Part shown: piece after piece, positions 20,926 to 30,349 of the stretch
How positions within the stretch are numbered: position 1 is the stretch's first letter
Layout: each line of letters opens with the position of its first letter
Source: Patescibacteria group bacterium
GTDB taxonomy: Bacteria > Patescibacteriota > Dojkabacteria > GCA-002793355
DNA: 64,000 bases
NCBI GenBank assembly: GCA_016860985.1
Contig: BOKM01000001.1
Location: 2,310 to 66,309, forward strand
Direction: 5' to 3'
Translations under genes and position numbers: made by a program
The notes under the pieces: model-generated
Databases searched by the model: none
Seen by the model: only the letters and a program-made list of their open reading frames with translations
Told to the model about the DNA's origin: nothing

Positions 20926-21725
20926 TACGTATATTGTAATATTTTATTGATAAGGGCATGATATCGGGCTTTCGATACAGAAAGATATTCCTCTGACGTA
21001 TCTATTCCAATATACTTTCTTTTCAACCTATTTGCAACAATTCCTGTTGTAGAACTACCACAAAACGGGTCTAATACTAAATCGCCTTCGTTAGTGCTTG
21101 CAAGGATTACCCTCTTAAGTAGTTCTTCGGGCTTTTGTGTAGGGTGCTTTCCCTGAGCTTTATCACTCATTTTTGGAGTACCAATTGACCAAACGGAACG
21201 CATTTGTGTGTTCGGCTTTTTGATAGAATCTTCTTTCCAATCGCCATTTTTCATTTCTTGGTAATTAAACGTGTGCTTAGCTTTTTTCTCTTTTCTCACC
21301 CATAAAAGATTCTCATGACTGGCTGTGAAGAATCTGCAGCTAAGGTTTGGTGCTGCATTAGGCTTAAACCATGTAATATCATTTAAAATGTGAAATCCAA
21401 GTCGTTGAATTGCATAACCTATTTGATATATAGAATGGTACGTACTGCTGACCCAGAGTGTTCCATTTGGTTTCAAGACGCGCTTACAGGACTCAAGCCA
21501 TCTCATATGAAAATCGAAATTCTCGCCCAAACTCCTTCCCATATCCCATTCACCTTTTTTGACTGAAACCATTTTTCCATTTTGACAAGTAAAGCTTCCG
21601 TCAGAAAGAAAGTACGGAGGATCGGCAAATATCATATCAAACGTATTCTCTTTGTACTCGTTCAATACGTCATTACAATCTCCGTGATGCAATGTGAACG
21701 AATTATTCGAATAATACGGAGTCAT
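20925..21725 (-). CDS. Beta-class N6/N4 DNA methyltransferase, DpnA-like
   Basis: 'FADPPYFLS', 'WFKPNAAPNLSCRFFT', 'HPTQKP', 'DPFCGS.TT'. Confidence 0.9.
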   Translation of the reverse strand: MTPYYSNNSFTLHHGDCNDVLNEYKENTFDMIFADPPYFLSDGSFTCQNGKMVSVKKGEWDMGRSLGENFDFHMRWLESCKRVLKPNGTLWVSSTYHSIYQIGYAIQRLGFHILNDITWFKPNAAPNLSCRFFTASHENLLWVRKEKKAKHTFNYQEMKNGDWKEDSIKKPNTQMRSVWSIGTPKMSDKAQGKHPTQKPEELLKRVILASTNEGDLVLDPFCGSSTTGIVANRLKRKYIGIDTSEEYLSVSKARYHALINKILQYT

Positions 21726-21770
21726 GAATCCATTTTATAGGATAAATTATGATTTGGGAAATAATTCAAA

Positions 21771-22421
21771 TTAGGAAATATCACTTTTTTTACGTTCCTC
21801 CAACTGAAGCACTTCTTCTATTTTGACATATTTCACTTTGTTTACATATAAGTAGGCTAGAAGTTCTACAAGCGAATACGTGACAATATTGTCGTACTTA
21901 TTAATTCTATCGATTTGTTTTTCATGAGCGGCAATATTTCCAACAATCCTAATACAGTGGGCCAATTTTTTAATTCTTTGTGGCCATTTTGCTAATCCTA
22001 TCCATTTAGAAAGTGACTTGAATTTTGGTATCTGTACCTTTTGGTCTTTCAGTATTTCTTCAACAATTTTCCGTAACCTAACAGAAAACTGTTCCTGAGA
22101 TCGTTGTTTCAACCTGAATGTTTCAAGGACTAAGTCTCTAACGTGATGCGGAACAGCCTCATCAATTACGATTTCGACTGGATACAGTTGAAACCAGTCG
22201 TCCTTCGTCAGTCTGATCGTTTCGTCTTCAATTGCACCAATATATCCGTCATCTATTGTTTTCAAGATATACCGTGAACATGTTGAACATTTAAGAACAC
22301 AGGTATGCATGTAATTCTCCCAATAGTCATTTGACGATTTCGGAAGAAAAACATCAGTTATATCAACTACAGTACAAAGAGTTCTATTCCCACAGTTGCT
22401 ACAAAACGCTAGTTCTTCCAT
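21771..22421 (-). CDS. DUF4145 (HEPN-like) protein with N-terminal Zn ribbon
   Basis: CSNC and CSTC; 'LRKIVE', 'IR.VGN.AAH'. Confidence 0.75.
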   Translation of the reverse strand: MEELAFCSNCGNRTLCTVVDITDVFLPKSSNDYWENYMHTCVLKCSTCSRYILKTIDDGYIGAIEDETIRLTKDDWFQLYPVEIVIDEAVPHHVRDLVLETFRLKQRSQEQFSVRLRKIVEEILKDQKVQIPKFKSLSKWIGLAKWPQRIKKLAHCIRIVGNIAAHEKQIDRINKYDNIVTYSLVELLAYLYVNKVKYVKIEEVLQLEERKKSDIS

Positions 22422-22467
22422 TCTTTATTATACTCTCTGAGTTATTTGTAATAATAATTATCTTGGA

Positions 22468-22504
22468 ACTAGACTTACATCAAGATTCGCGGTACTTGTG
22501 GTGT
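22468..22504 (+). promoter_or_regulatory. Conserved upstream/promoter region of the recombinase
   Basis: ACTAGACTT...GCGGTACT..TG.TGT-ATG shared with 44813-44849 and, more loosely, 40111-40146. Confidence 0.55.
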
Positions 22505-23845
22505 ATGGAAAACACAATAAAAGTACCTGACTTGCGCTACTGCCTCTATGCTCGAAAATCCTCCGAGTCGGACGAAAAGCAGGCGATGAGTATAGACAGC
22601 CAACTTCACGAAATGAGTGATCTAGCAAAGCGAGATAATATAAACATTGTCGATATTATTACAGAAAGCCATTCTGCTAAAGAAACTGGCCAACGACCAC
22701 AGTTTAACCTTATGGTTGAAGGAATTAGTAGTGGAAAGTATAACGGCATCATAACGTGGGCTCCAGATAGAATTTCAAGAAATGCAGGCGACCTTGGACG
22801 GATAGTCGATTTAATGGATCAAGGGAAGCTTTCTCTAATCAAAACACATTCTCAAACCTTTACAAACAACCCTAATGAGAAGTTCCTATTAATGATACTC
22901 TGCTCACAAGCAAAACTGGAAAACGACAATAGGGGAATAAACGTAAAGCGTGGACTAAAGAGTAAATGTCAGACAGGGGTAAGACCAACAATGCCACCTC
23001 TCGGATATATTAATATCATGAGAGCAAATAGAATCTCAACTGTAATACTTGATCCCGAAAAATCCCCAATAATTAAACAAATGTTCGTATATGTCGCGGA
23101 CAAAGGACTTTCAGGAAGAACCATCCGAAAATGGCTAAGAAAAATTGGATTCAAATCAAGAACAGGAAAAGACCTCGTTTTAAGTCTAATCTACAAAATG
23201 CTCAGAAATCCCTTTTATTATGGATATTTTAAATACGGTGAGAAAATATACAAAGGTTCACATGAACCTCTCATATCCAAACAAGTATTTGATAAGGTAC
23301 AAATACAGTTGCAAACAACACCACGACAGTGGAATAAACAGCTCTACCCTTTCAAGAAAATTTGCAAATGTGGAAGTTGTGGTAGTAGTATAACTGCAGA
23401 AACTAAGTTTCGAGTAGTTCAGAATGGGGATGTACATCCTCATATCTATTATCACTGCAATAGAATAAATGACTACGATTGTCATGAACCTTATATAACT
23501 GAAGCTGAACTCATACAGCAACTTGTTGCTCTTATGCCGCAAATCAAACTCGACAAAGAATACATTTGGAACCTATTCCAAGACGAAATCAAACGATTAA
23601 ATCATCTACAACAAATAATGAATCTGAAAAACAGCGTAGCTTTTGAAACAACTCCACATAGGAACATGTCCAAATCCATAAGTGCGATTAGTGAAAGAGA
23701 AACAGAAATGATCAAAGATTACTTCTTACACATTCTGCAGTATGGAACACCGGAAGAAAGGCAGAATGTATTAACAGGAGTTAAGTCAATCTTTATCCTA
23801 AAAGAACGGGAGCTTCGTCTTAAAGGTCAGATTAACGCTTTATGA
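22505..23845 (+). CDS. Large serine recombinase (copy 1, 446 aa)
   Basis: 'YCLYARKSS', 'DRISRN', recombinase domain, Zn ribbon C..CG / YYHC. Start set by alignment with copy 2. Confidence 0.95.
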   Translation: MENTIKVPDLRYCLYARKSSESDEKQAMSIDSQLHEMSDLAKRDNINIVDIITESHSAKETGQRPQFNLMVEGISSGKYNGIITWAPDRISRNAGDLGRIVDLMDQGKLSLIKTHSQTFTNNPNEKFLLMILCSQAKLENDNRGINVKRGLKSKCQTGVRPTMPPLGYINIMRANRISTVILDPEKSPIIKQMFVYVADKGLSGRTIRKWLRKIGFKSRTGKDLVLSLIYKMLRNPFYYGYFKYGEKIYKGSHEPLISKQVFDKVQIQLQTTPRQWNKQLYPFKKICKCGSCGSSITAETKFRVVQNGDVHPHIYYHCNRINDYDCHEPYITEAELIQQLVALMPQIKLDKEYIWNLFQDEIKRLNHLQQIMNLKNSVAFETTPHRNMSKSISAISERETEMIKDYFLHILQYGTPEERQNVLTGVKSIFILKERELRLKGQINAL

Positions 23846-24527
23846 CAATTTGTTGGAACATATCATCAGTATCATCTTTCCATTGCCCCGACCACGATAG
23901 TTTTAGCTCAATTAGCGAAGGACTAGCATTTTTTGCGTAAACACAAATCTTTAATTTGTAATCACCAGGAGTTAAACAATCCTTTTGGGCAAAAACTATA
24001 TCCTTACTTTCCAAAAAAAACATAGTCTTCTCTTTTTCTTCCGAAGAGTATCCCCTGTACTTTGAGGATGGCTTACACGTAGCAGGATTTGCAATCGAAC
24101 CAATATCAACAAAAAACATATTTCCCGACTGAATTGTCAGTACTCGTATCTCTTGATTATACTTTGCCGACCAGTTAAGAATTATTGGGGTAAAATTCTT
24201 TTCTTCAATAAAATCTCCTGAGCTATCTTTTTTAGAAATGCTTTCTAGGTATGTACTGCAATCTTCAGCTGCAAGCTTTCCTTCATTTTTTACCGCGATT
24301 CTGAAGAAATATACATCGATTCCTAAATCTGTTGTAGTTTTATGACAGAAGGGACTACCAAGTTTGAATAGGATTTTATTTTTTGGGGAGCGAAAAGTGT
24401 ATTTGAAATGTTCCGACATAAGTGGGCCGATAAATGCGACGAGTAGCGCAATAAGGCCAATTGCTATCTGTATGTAATCCGAAACAGATAACATTGATAC
24501 TACTGCAGGAACTAATGTTGGTGTCAT
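23832..24527 (-). CDS. Hypothetical protein with N-terminal TM helix
   Basis: TACAAT lies 5 nt before ATG 24527; the longer track start runs into the junction repeat. Confidence 0.65.
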   Translation of the reverse strand: MTPTLVPAVVSMLSVSDYIQIAIGLIALLVAFIGPLMSEHFKYTFRSPKNKILFKLGSPFCHKTTTDLGIDVYFFRIAVKNEGKLAAEDCSTYLESISKKDSSGDFIEEKNFTPIILNWSAKYNQEIRVLTIQSGNMFFVDIGSIANPATCKPSSKYRGYSSEEKEKTMFFLESKDIVFAQKDCLTPGDYKLKICVYAKNASPSLIELKLSWSGQWKDDTDDMFQQIVIKR

Positions 24528-24585
24528 CATTAATTGTACATTCTTTCCGACATACATACCAGAATTGTACTGGCATGTACTTTGC

Positions 24586-24843
24586 GTTCCAAAGCTTAGA
24601 ACCAAGGAGTATTTATTTTTGCAATTTTTAGATGATTTTGCGTATTACAGGACTACGTTGACACTTTTCCAATTTGGGGTATCCGTAAGTAATGGTAAGT
24701 TGGACATTTCCAGATAGGACTGACGGGACTTGAAGCAACCGTTGCAAAAATGCGGAGCATGTGGGTCTGGCACCGTACAATGGCTGGTTGGTAGAAAAAA
24801 TGAGACAAAAGAGACAGTATAAAAAGGAAAATGATTTGTCTCA
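24586..24843. repeat. Junction repeat copy 2 (left flank, core, right flank)
   Basis: AAGCTT-centred palindrome at 24586, CGTATTACAGGACTACGTT at 24641, core 24713-24735, GAGACAGTATAAAAAGGA at 24811. Confidence 0.9.
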
Positions 24844-24929
24844 ATCTAGAAAAATTGCTTATCACTTATCCACACAATCTGATGAATTTCTGTTATAATC
24901 CACAGCAATATGTAACAATACTATTGCAC

Positions 24930-25937
24930 ATGATTCAACCTACAAAGTCTTGGAATAATCCAAATCAACATTATAAGGATGCGCTGACTACTCCTTGGTA
25001 TAAAGTCTTGACTGGCCTACAAAGCGATTTCGTTAATGCGACAGTTTCATTTTATAAAGAAATTGGTTATGATTTTACCCTTCTTCCGATAACTACAGGT
25101 GCTATTTCTAGCCCTATGGGGTTAGGAAGTGACTCGTCACCGGTTCAAGTGAATATTGGAGGTGTCGAGACATATCTTGCCGATTCAATGCAATTCATGC
25201 TTGAGTATGCATGCAGAGTTAGAAAAAATGGATGCTATTATTTGGCACCATCGTTTAGAGGAGAACTTGCAGATGCAAGACACTTATGCCAATTTTATCA
25301 TTCAGAAGCAGAAATAGAAGGTACGATTACGGATGTAATGTCACTTGTAGAGAGATACGTAAAGTACCTTGCACAGTGGTATAAAGATCATAGCAAAAAT
25401 GAACTATTAACTGTAACTGATAATATTTCACATCTGGATACACTTATCAATATTGAAAAGATCCCAACAGTCACTTTCGCTGAAGCAGTCGATATCCTTG
25501 AAAACAATAGCGAATACATTCAAAATCATGGTATTTACCGAACAATTAACCATGCAGGCGAAAAGAAATTAATTGAGAAATATGGCGGATTTGTCTGGTT
25601 AACCCATTTTGATCATCTTGCAGTTCCATTCTATCAGAAGAATACTGATGACACATTTACGACTGCAATTAACGCAGATCTGCTTATGGGAATCGGAGAA
25701 ACAGTTGGCTCTGGTGAGCGACACTTCTCAAGAAGAGAAACAGAGAAAGCACTTGATTTTCATAAGGTGAGTAGAGATCATTACGAATGGTATTTAACAA
25801 TGAAGGAACTTGTACCAATGCAAACATCAGGCTTCGGACTTGGAGTTGAAAGATTCTTGTTATGGTTAACTAATCAAAATGATATTAGAGATATGCAATT
25901 AGTACCAAGATTTAATGGAGAAAAGGAGATACTATGA
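24930..25937 (+). CDS. AsnRS/AspRS catalytic-domain paralog (archaeal-type asparagine synthetase-like)
   Basis: Class II aaRS motif 2 'FRGE..D.RHL.QF...EAE' and motif 3 'GFGLGVERFL'. No anticodon-binding domain. Confidence 0.85.
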   Translation: MIQPTKSWNNPNQHYKDALTTPWYKVLTGLQSDFVNATVSFYKEIGYDFTLLPITTGAISSPMGLGSDSSPVQVNIGGVETYLADSMQFMLEYACRVRKNGCYYLAPSFRGELADARHLCQFYHSEAEIEGTITDVMSLVERYVKYLAQWYKDHSKNELLTVTDNISHLDTLINIEKIPTVTFAEAVDILENNSEYIQNHGIYRTINHAGEKKLIEKYGGFVWLTHFDHLAVPFYQKNTDDTFTTAINADLLMGIGETVGSGERHFSRRETEKALDFHKVSRDHYEWYLTMKELVPMQTSGFGLGVERFLLWLTNQNDIRDMQLVPRFNGEKEIL

Positions 25938-26770
25938 AAAAATATACAGTAGAAGAAATAACAAAAATTAATTACACAGATTTTATCTCTTTGATTAAGG
26001 AAACGAATCGTTGCCCTGGAGGTAAAGACACAATTCGAAAGATAGTGCAGAATACTTTCATCGACGAAAACAGTAGGGTTCTCGATGTTGGTTCAAATAC
26101 AGGATTCACGTCTTTAGAACTTTCCCACATTTCAAAAGCAAAAATTTCGGGAATTGATGTTTCAGAAGCATGCGTAAATACTGCTAATGCACTGCTGGCA
26201 ACAGATATCGAAGAAGTGAGAAAAAGAGTCGATTTCCAAGTTGGTAGTGCATACGAGATTCCTTTCGAAAATGATACATTCGATCTTGTTGTAACTGGTG
26301 GTGCGACGTCATTTATGGATAAGAAACAACAGGCAATTTCAGAGTATAAACGAGTACTAAAACCATGGGGGTTTTTGAGTGCAACTCAATTATTCTATAC
26401 AACAAAACCACCCCAAGCTGTGGTTGATGCAGTTTCGAATGCAATTGGCGTCACGATAAATCCATGGTTGGAACAAGACTGGAAAAATGTATTCTTAGAA
26501 ACCCAAGAAAGTGGAGTACTTGAGCTGTATTATTATGAAAAGAACGAACTACAATCAAGGCCAGCTGACGTTATTGAAGAATACATGGAATACTTTATGG
26601 CGAAAGATCACCTAAAAGAATATTCTGAGGATGTTCGTAATGCGATTAGGAAAAAGTGGAAAATGTACATTGATGTATTCAATGAAAATCACAAGTATCT
26701 TGGTTACTTTATTTCATTATTCAGAAAAACTCAGTATCCAGAGGAGCCTGAATTATTTATAAGAAAATGA
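25934..26770 (+). CDS. Class I SAM-dependent methyltransferase
   Basis: 'VLDVGSNTG', 'GID', 'IPF.N.TFDLV', 'RVLKP.G'. Confidence 0.9.
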   Translation: MKKYTVEEITKINYTDFISLIKETNRCPGGKDTIRKIVQNTFIDENSRVLDVGSNTGFTSLELSHISKAKISGIDVSEACVNTANALLATDIEEVRKRVDFQVGSAYEIPFENDTFDLVVTGGATSFMDKKQQAISEYKRVLKPWGFLSATQLFYTTKPPQAVVDAVSNAIGVTINPWLEQDWKNVFLETQESGVLELYYYEKNELQSRPADVIEEYMEYFMAKDHLKEYSEDVRNAIRKKWKMYIDVFNENHKYLGYFISLFRKTQYPEEPELFIRK

Positions 26771-26774
26771 TTCA

Positions 26775-27839
26775 GTGAAAGACCGTAACCAAAAATCCAA
26801 AAAAGGACAGAGTAAATCGGGAAAGCCCTTAGAGAAAGCAGACACATTGTTTATAGATAAACATGAAAGGGATACATTTTTACCGTTGCTGAGATATCTG
26901 TATGGGATCGAATTCCAAGACAAAATAGAGTTTGTGTCGTCATTATCTCTTACCTCACGAAAGTGTTTAATTTTCGATAATGAAGGGGTTAAGTATTTTC
27001 TTAAGCGTAAACCAGAGTATTCATTACAAGAACCATTGAGAACAAGAGCTATAAGGCTTCAGTCTCTACTTGCGACAAAAGTTCCCTTTATTCCCCAAAT
27101 CATATTTACAAAGACAGATAATCAACCACTGGGTGTTATTAATAGTAGTCATTATCTGCTTACTAAATATGTAGATGGTCAAATATTTGGAGGTCGGATT
27201 GAACAGTCAATTACGGGTGCATCAAAACTAGGGTTGATGCATAAAATTGCGAATCAAAATCTTGCAGAGGAGTCTTCGCCTGTTGACTCAAATGAGTCAG
27301 TTAAAACATTTATCGGTTACGCCGAGAAAATGAGTTTTTCTGATGCAAAATTGCAGAATGAAGTACTTGATAAAATAAGAAAGAAAGTACAGACATTAAA
27401 ATCCGAGAATAAGGGAAAAATGAGTTGGATTCACTCGGATTTCGCTCCATTTAATCTTGTATTTTCCGGTGACGAGGTCGTTGCCGTTAATGATTTTGAC
27501 AATGCAACGTTTGGTAACATATCTAAAGATGTTGCAGAATGCATTATTTCATTTGCAGATATTAACTATAATGGGGCGACGTCGTTTCTTAACAAGGTGA
27601 TCAGAACCTCAATTGATGAACGCTCTATGGCTAGATTGCTTGAGGCATATATGAATACATCTGAAAGTTCAATTAGTGATTTAACAGATTTACCAAATGA
27701 AATGAGTTTAATGTGGTTAAAATTGATGGTCCTAGGATTGCTTAGAGGTGATTTCGCATTAGAGGATGTTAATGTGGTACTGAATCACGCAGATGATCTT
27801 AATGTGGTAGGAAATGAATTACTACACTCTCTAAAATAG
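26775..27839 (+). CDS. APH/homoserine-kinase-II-like phosphotransferase
   Basis: 'IHSDFAPFNLVF' and 'NDFD'. GTG start. Confidence 0.85.
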   Translation: MKDRNQKSKKGQSKSGKPLEKADTLFIDKHERDTFLPLLRYLYGIEFQDKIEFVSSLSLTSRKCLIFDNEGVKYFLKRKPEYSLQEPLRTRAIRLQSLLATKVPFIPQIIFTKTDNQPLGVINSSHYLLTKYVDGQIFGGRIEQSITGASKLGLMHKIANQNLAEESSPVDSNESVKTFIGYAEKMSFSDAKLQNEVLDKIRKKVQTLKSENKGKMSWIHSDFAPFNLVFSGDEVVAVNDFDNATFGNISKDVAECIISFADINYNGATSFLNKVIRTSIDERSMARLLEAYMNTSESSISDLTDLPNEMSLMWLKLMVLGLLRGDFALEDVNVVLNHADDLNVVGNELLHSLK

Positions 27840-27840
27840 T

Positions 27841-28836
27841 ATGCGAGAACTTATCTATCCAACGAAGATGAGAGCAGGTCAAAAGCTAGGTGTTTTTGCA
27901 TCTTCAAGTCCCGCCTTATCATTCCCAAATGCAAATGATTCATACAAGTATATTAATGCAAAAGGCGTAAACGTTTTTGAGCACAAACAATGCAGAATAA
28001 AGAACAGACACACTGCAGGAACGGTGGTTGACAGAGTATCGGCAATTAATGACTTACTGCTCGATAATTCAATTGGTATTCTCATGGCTTATTGGGGAGG
28101 TACAAATACCAATGATTTATTAAAGTATCTTGATTATGAGTTATTTGCTAGATATCCCAAAATAATTATTGGATATTCTGATACAACGGCATTACTTCAG
28201 GCAATAACATCAAAGACAGGATTAGTCACTTTTATGGGGCCAGCCGCAATTACGTTTATTAAACCTGAACCCTTTGAGTATTCTTGGAGTTACTTTTATA
28301 AAATGTGTATTGCACCTGAGGATGAGGTTGTTATTGAAGATTCGCCAGTTTTTGCAGATGACGAATACTTTCTTCGAGAAGATAGTAATCACCGAATAAT
28401 TCGACCAAATTCTGGTCGCCAAGTTTTTAAAGATGGAAATTTCAAAGGGGCGTGCATTGCTAGCAATCTCGAGACTTTATTGGCGTTAGCCGGTACTGAA
28501 TATTTTCCAAATCTCGAAGGGAAAGCCCTTTTTATTGAGGAAAGTGAAGAAGAAAATCTATCAACGGTAAATAGAAATTTTAGGCAATTATCGCAGGTCG
28601 ATGGCTTCGATAAGTTGAGTGCTTTGTTGATAGGAAGGTTTTGCGAAAAGAGTGGATTTTCTGATCAAGATTCTGTCGAAATGATGTTAGAAGATACTCT
28701 AGTAAACACAAACTTTCCTGTTATCTATAATCTTGATTTCGGCCATTCTGATCCATTATTCACTATTCCCAATGGTGGTAGCGTTATTATTGATACAAAA
28801 CAGAAAGTTTTACAATTTTCAAAAGCTGTCGTCTAA
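27841..28836 (+). CDS. S66 family peptidase (MccF / LD-carboxypeptidase)
   Basis: 'GYSDTT', 'LFIEE', 'DFGH.DP..T.P.G'. Confidence 0.9.
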   Translation: MRELIYPTKMRAGQKLGVFASSSPALSFPNANDSYKYINAKGVNVFEHKQCRIKNRHTAGTVVDRVSAINDLLLDNSIGILMAYWGGTNTNDLLKYLDYELFARYPKIIIGYSDTTALLQAITSKTGLVTFMGPAAITFIKPEPFEYSWSYFYKMCIAPEDEVVIEDSPVFADDEYFLREDSNHRIIRPNSGRQVFKDGNFKGACIASNLETLLALAGTEYFPNLEGKALFIEESEEENLSTVNRNFRQLSQVDGFDKLSALLIGRFCEKSGFSDQDSVEMMLEDTLVNTNFPVIYNLDFGHSDPLFTIPNGGSVIIDTKQKVLQFSKAVV

Positions 28837-29828
28837 TAACGATTGTCGACTGGTGTTGCCTCATAAAGATACCAATCTGCGTCAAACTGGTCTGATATCA
28901 ATAAGTCTCCTCTTTCATTCAAAAGATGTACGTTTGAATGTTCTCCATCTACTAATAACCAATGTCCATTAAAGTGTAAACTGTCCTGTAACCAAACAGT
29001 CTTGATTGAGACTTTATTTTCAAGAATAAATTTACCAGACGCAATCTTCCCGTAATATGCTTCACCCCTCGCAGTATCAGAAAAACTTATTCTTTTATCT
29101 GCATATACTCTAACTGAATGTGGCCTTTTAAGATCGCTCATTATTGGAGTAATTTCACCTGTCGTTTTGTTGATAGTATTAAGCGTTCCTTGCATGAATA
29201 AAGTTACTAATATGGTATTGTCGTCGTATTCTGCGGCTGCATTCGGATGTGCTGTATGTAACCACGTATCATATTCTACATACCTGTGATCAATATCCTT
29301 GCTCAAGGTACGATTAATTCCGAAGGCATCAGTCATGAAACCGTGATCCATGGCCCACCATTGCCAAAGTACCTCTTTCCCATTCTCTGATAGTTCAAAT
29401 ATAGCATCAACCCCAGCAGAAGTAAGTAAAAATCCTTTTTTAGTTTTGCGCATAGAGTGTAAAGCATTAAAGGATTTTAGAGATGACAGTTCAGTGCTTT
29501 TAGTAAGATCAAGAGAATGAATTCCAATTGAGTGATGTGATGCGCTCAAAATGCCATTATCGGTAACCATAATTCCATGTAGGAAATCCGATTGCGCAGT
29601 CGCTACAATGGTACCTTCCTTGTTAATCTTTGCTATTAATCCTGCATATGGATTGTCAATTTCTGGTATATTCCACTCTTTTATGCTTGGACGAACTCGT
29701 TCTTGGTTCTTTTCTCTGGCCCAACGTTCCTTTCTTTTTCCAAGATCTCGATATGTAACGGACAAAAAATATTCAGGCATACTAGAAGAACTGTCATATA
29801 CAGTACGAACGAGAGGGAATTTACTCAT
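28833..29828 (-). CDS. Probable beta-propeller protein (arylsulfotransferase-like)
   Basis: Repeated His-led blades: LHGI, LHSM, HPNA, PHSV. Confidence 0.55.
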   Translation of the reverse strand: MSKFPLVRTVYDSSSSMPEYFLSVTYRDLGKRKERWAREKNQERVRPSIKEWNIPEIDNPYAGLIAKINKEGTIVATAQSDFLHGIMVTDNGILSASHHSIGIHSLDLTKSTELSSLKSFNALHSMRKTKKGFLLTSAGVDAIFELSENGKEVLWQWWAMDHGFMTDAFGINRTLSKDIDHRYVEYDTWLHTAHPNAAAEYDDNTILVTLFMQGTLNTINKTTGEITPIMSDLKRPHSVRVYADKRISFSDTARGEAYYGKIASGKFILENKVSIKTVWLQDSLHFNGHWLLVDGEHSNVHLLNERGDLLISDQFDADWYLYEATPVDNRY

Positions 29829-29829
29829 T

Positions 29830-30276
29830 TTACTTTGTAATCTTTAATCTGATTGCTTCAGCTTTTTCCATACTTGCGAGAATCCAAGGTGGAGTATTTG
29901 GATTTGATTTGATTTCTTCAAATGTCATCCAAGATACTTCATCAACTTCATCCTCTATCATTGCCGATGGATCACCTGATTTGTATTCTGCAATAAAGAC
30001 AATATCAATGACATGGTTGCCTTTAGCACTTACAAACATCTTGCTTTCTACATATTCGAGCTTTTCTTGAACTTGTACGTTAACTTCTTCCAAGATTTCT
30101 CGTTTTACACCAAATTCTAGTGTATCAGTAAGTGCGTCTGAATAATCAACTTTTCCGCCAACCATAGAAAGAGTACCACCTGCATGATCTTCTTTTTTTG
30201 ATCGTAAAATCATGAGCCATTTATTATTTTGAAAAATAGCTGCTTCAACATTTACTATAAATTTTGGAGGTTCCAT
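29830..30276 (-). CDS. NUDIX hydrolase
   Basis: Nudix box 'GGKV...REILEEVN'. Confidence 0.9.
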   Translation of the reverse strand: MEPPKFIVNVEAAIFQNNKWLMILRSKKEDHAGGTLSMVGGKVDYSDALTDTLEFGVKREILEEVNVQVQEKLEYVESKMFVSAKGNHVIDIVFIAEYKSGDPSAMIEDEVDEVSWMTFEEIKSNPNTPPWILASMEKAEAIRLKITK

Positions 30277-30349
30277 AGCACTGATTATAGCATAAAATTA
30301 TTGATAAATAGGTTTGGGAGTATAAGGACTTTAGAGTACAATATTCTAT

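Larger units (their letters stand above)
18491..24735. mobile_element. Putative integrated element, unit 1 (6.2 kb; R-M cargo plus serine recombinase)
   Basis: Bounded by identical 23-bp direct repeats; contains one intact large serine recombinase. Confidence 0.6.

Noticed and set aside
22331-22504. 58-aa N-terminal extension of recombinase 1 in the ORF track
   Set aside because: It overlaps the DUF4145 gene, and copy 2 shows the start is MENTIK at 22505.
24713-24800. Intact tRNA gene on the minus strand
   Set aside because: Only positions 54-73 fit. No 5' T-stem partner, anticodon arm or 5' acceptor strand in any copy.
24653-24865. 70-aa minus-strand ORF across junction repeat 2
   Set aside because: Indels among the three copies break the frame; conservation is at the DNA level.
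24930-28836. Canonical microcin C cluster or housekeeping asnS
   Set aside because: No MccB adenylyltransferase, precursor or exporter seen. The aaRS-like protein lacks the anticodon-binding domain.
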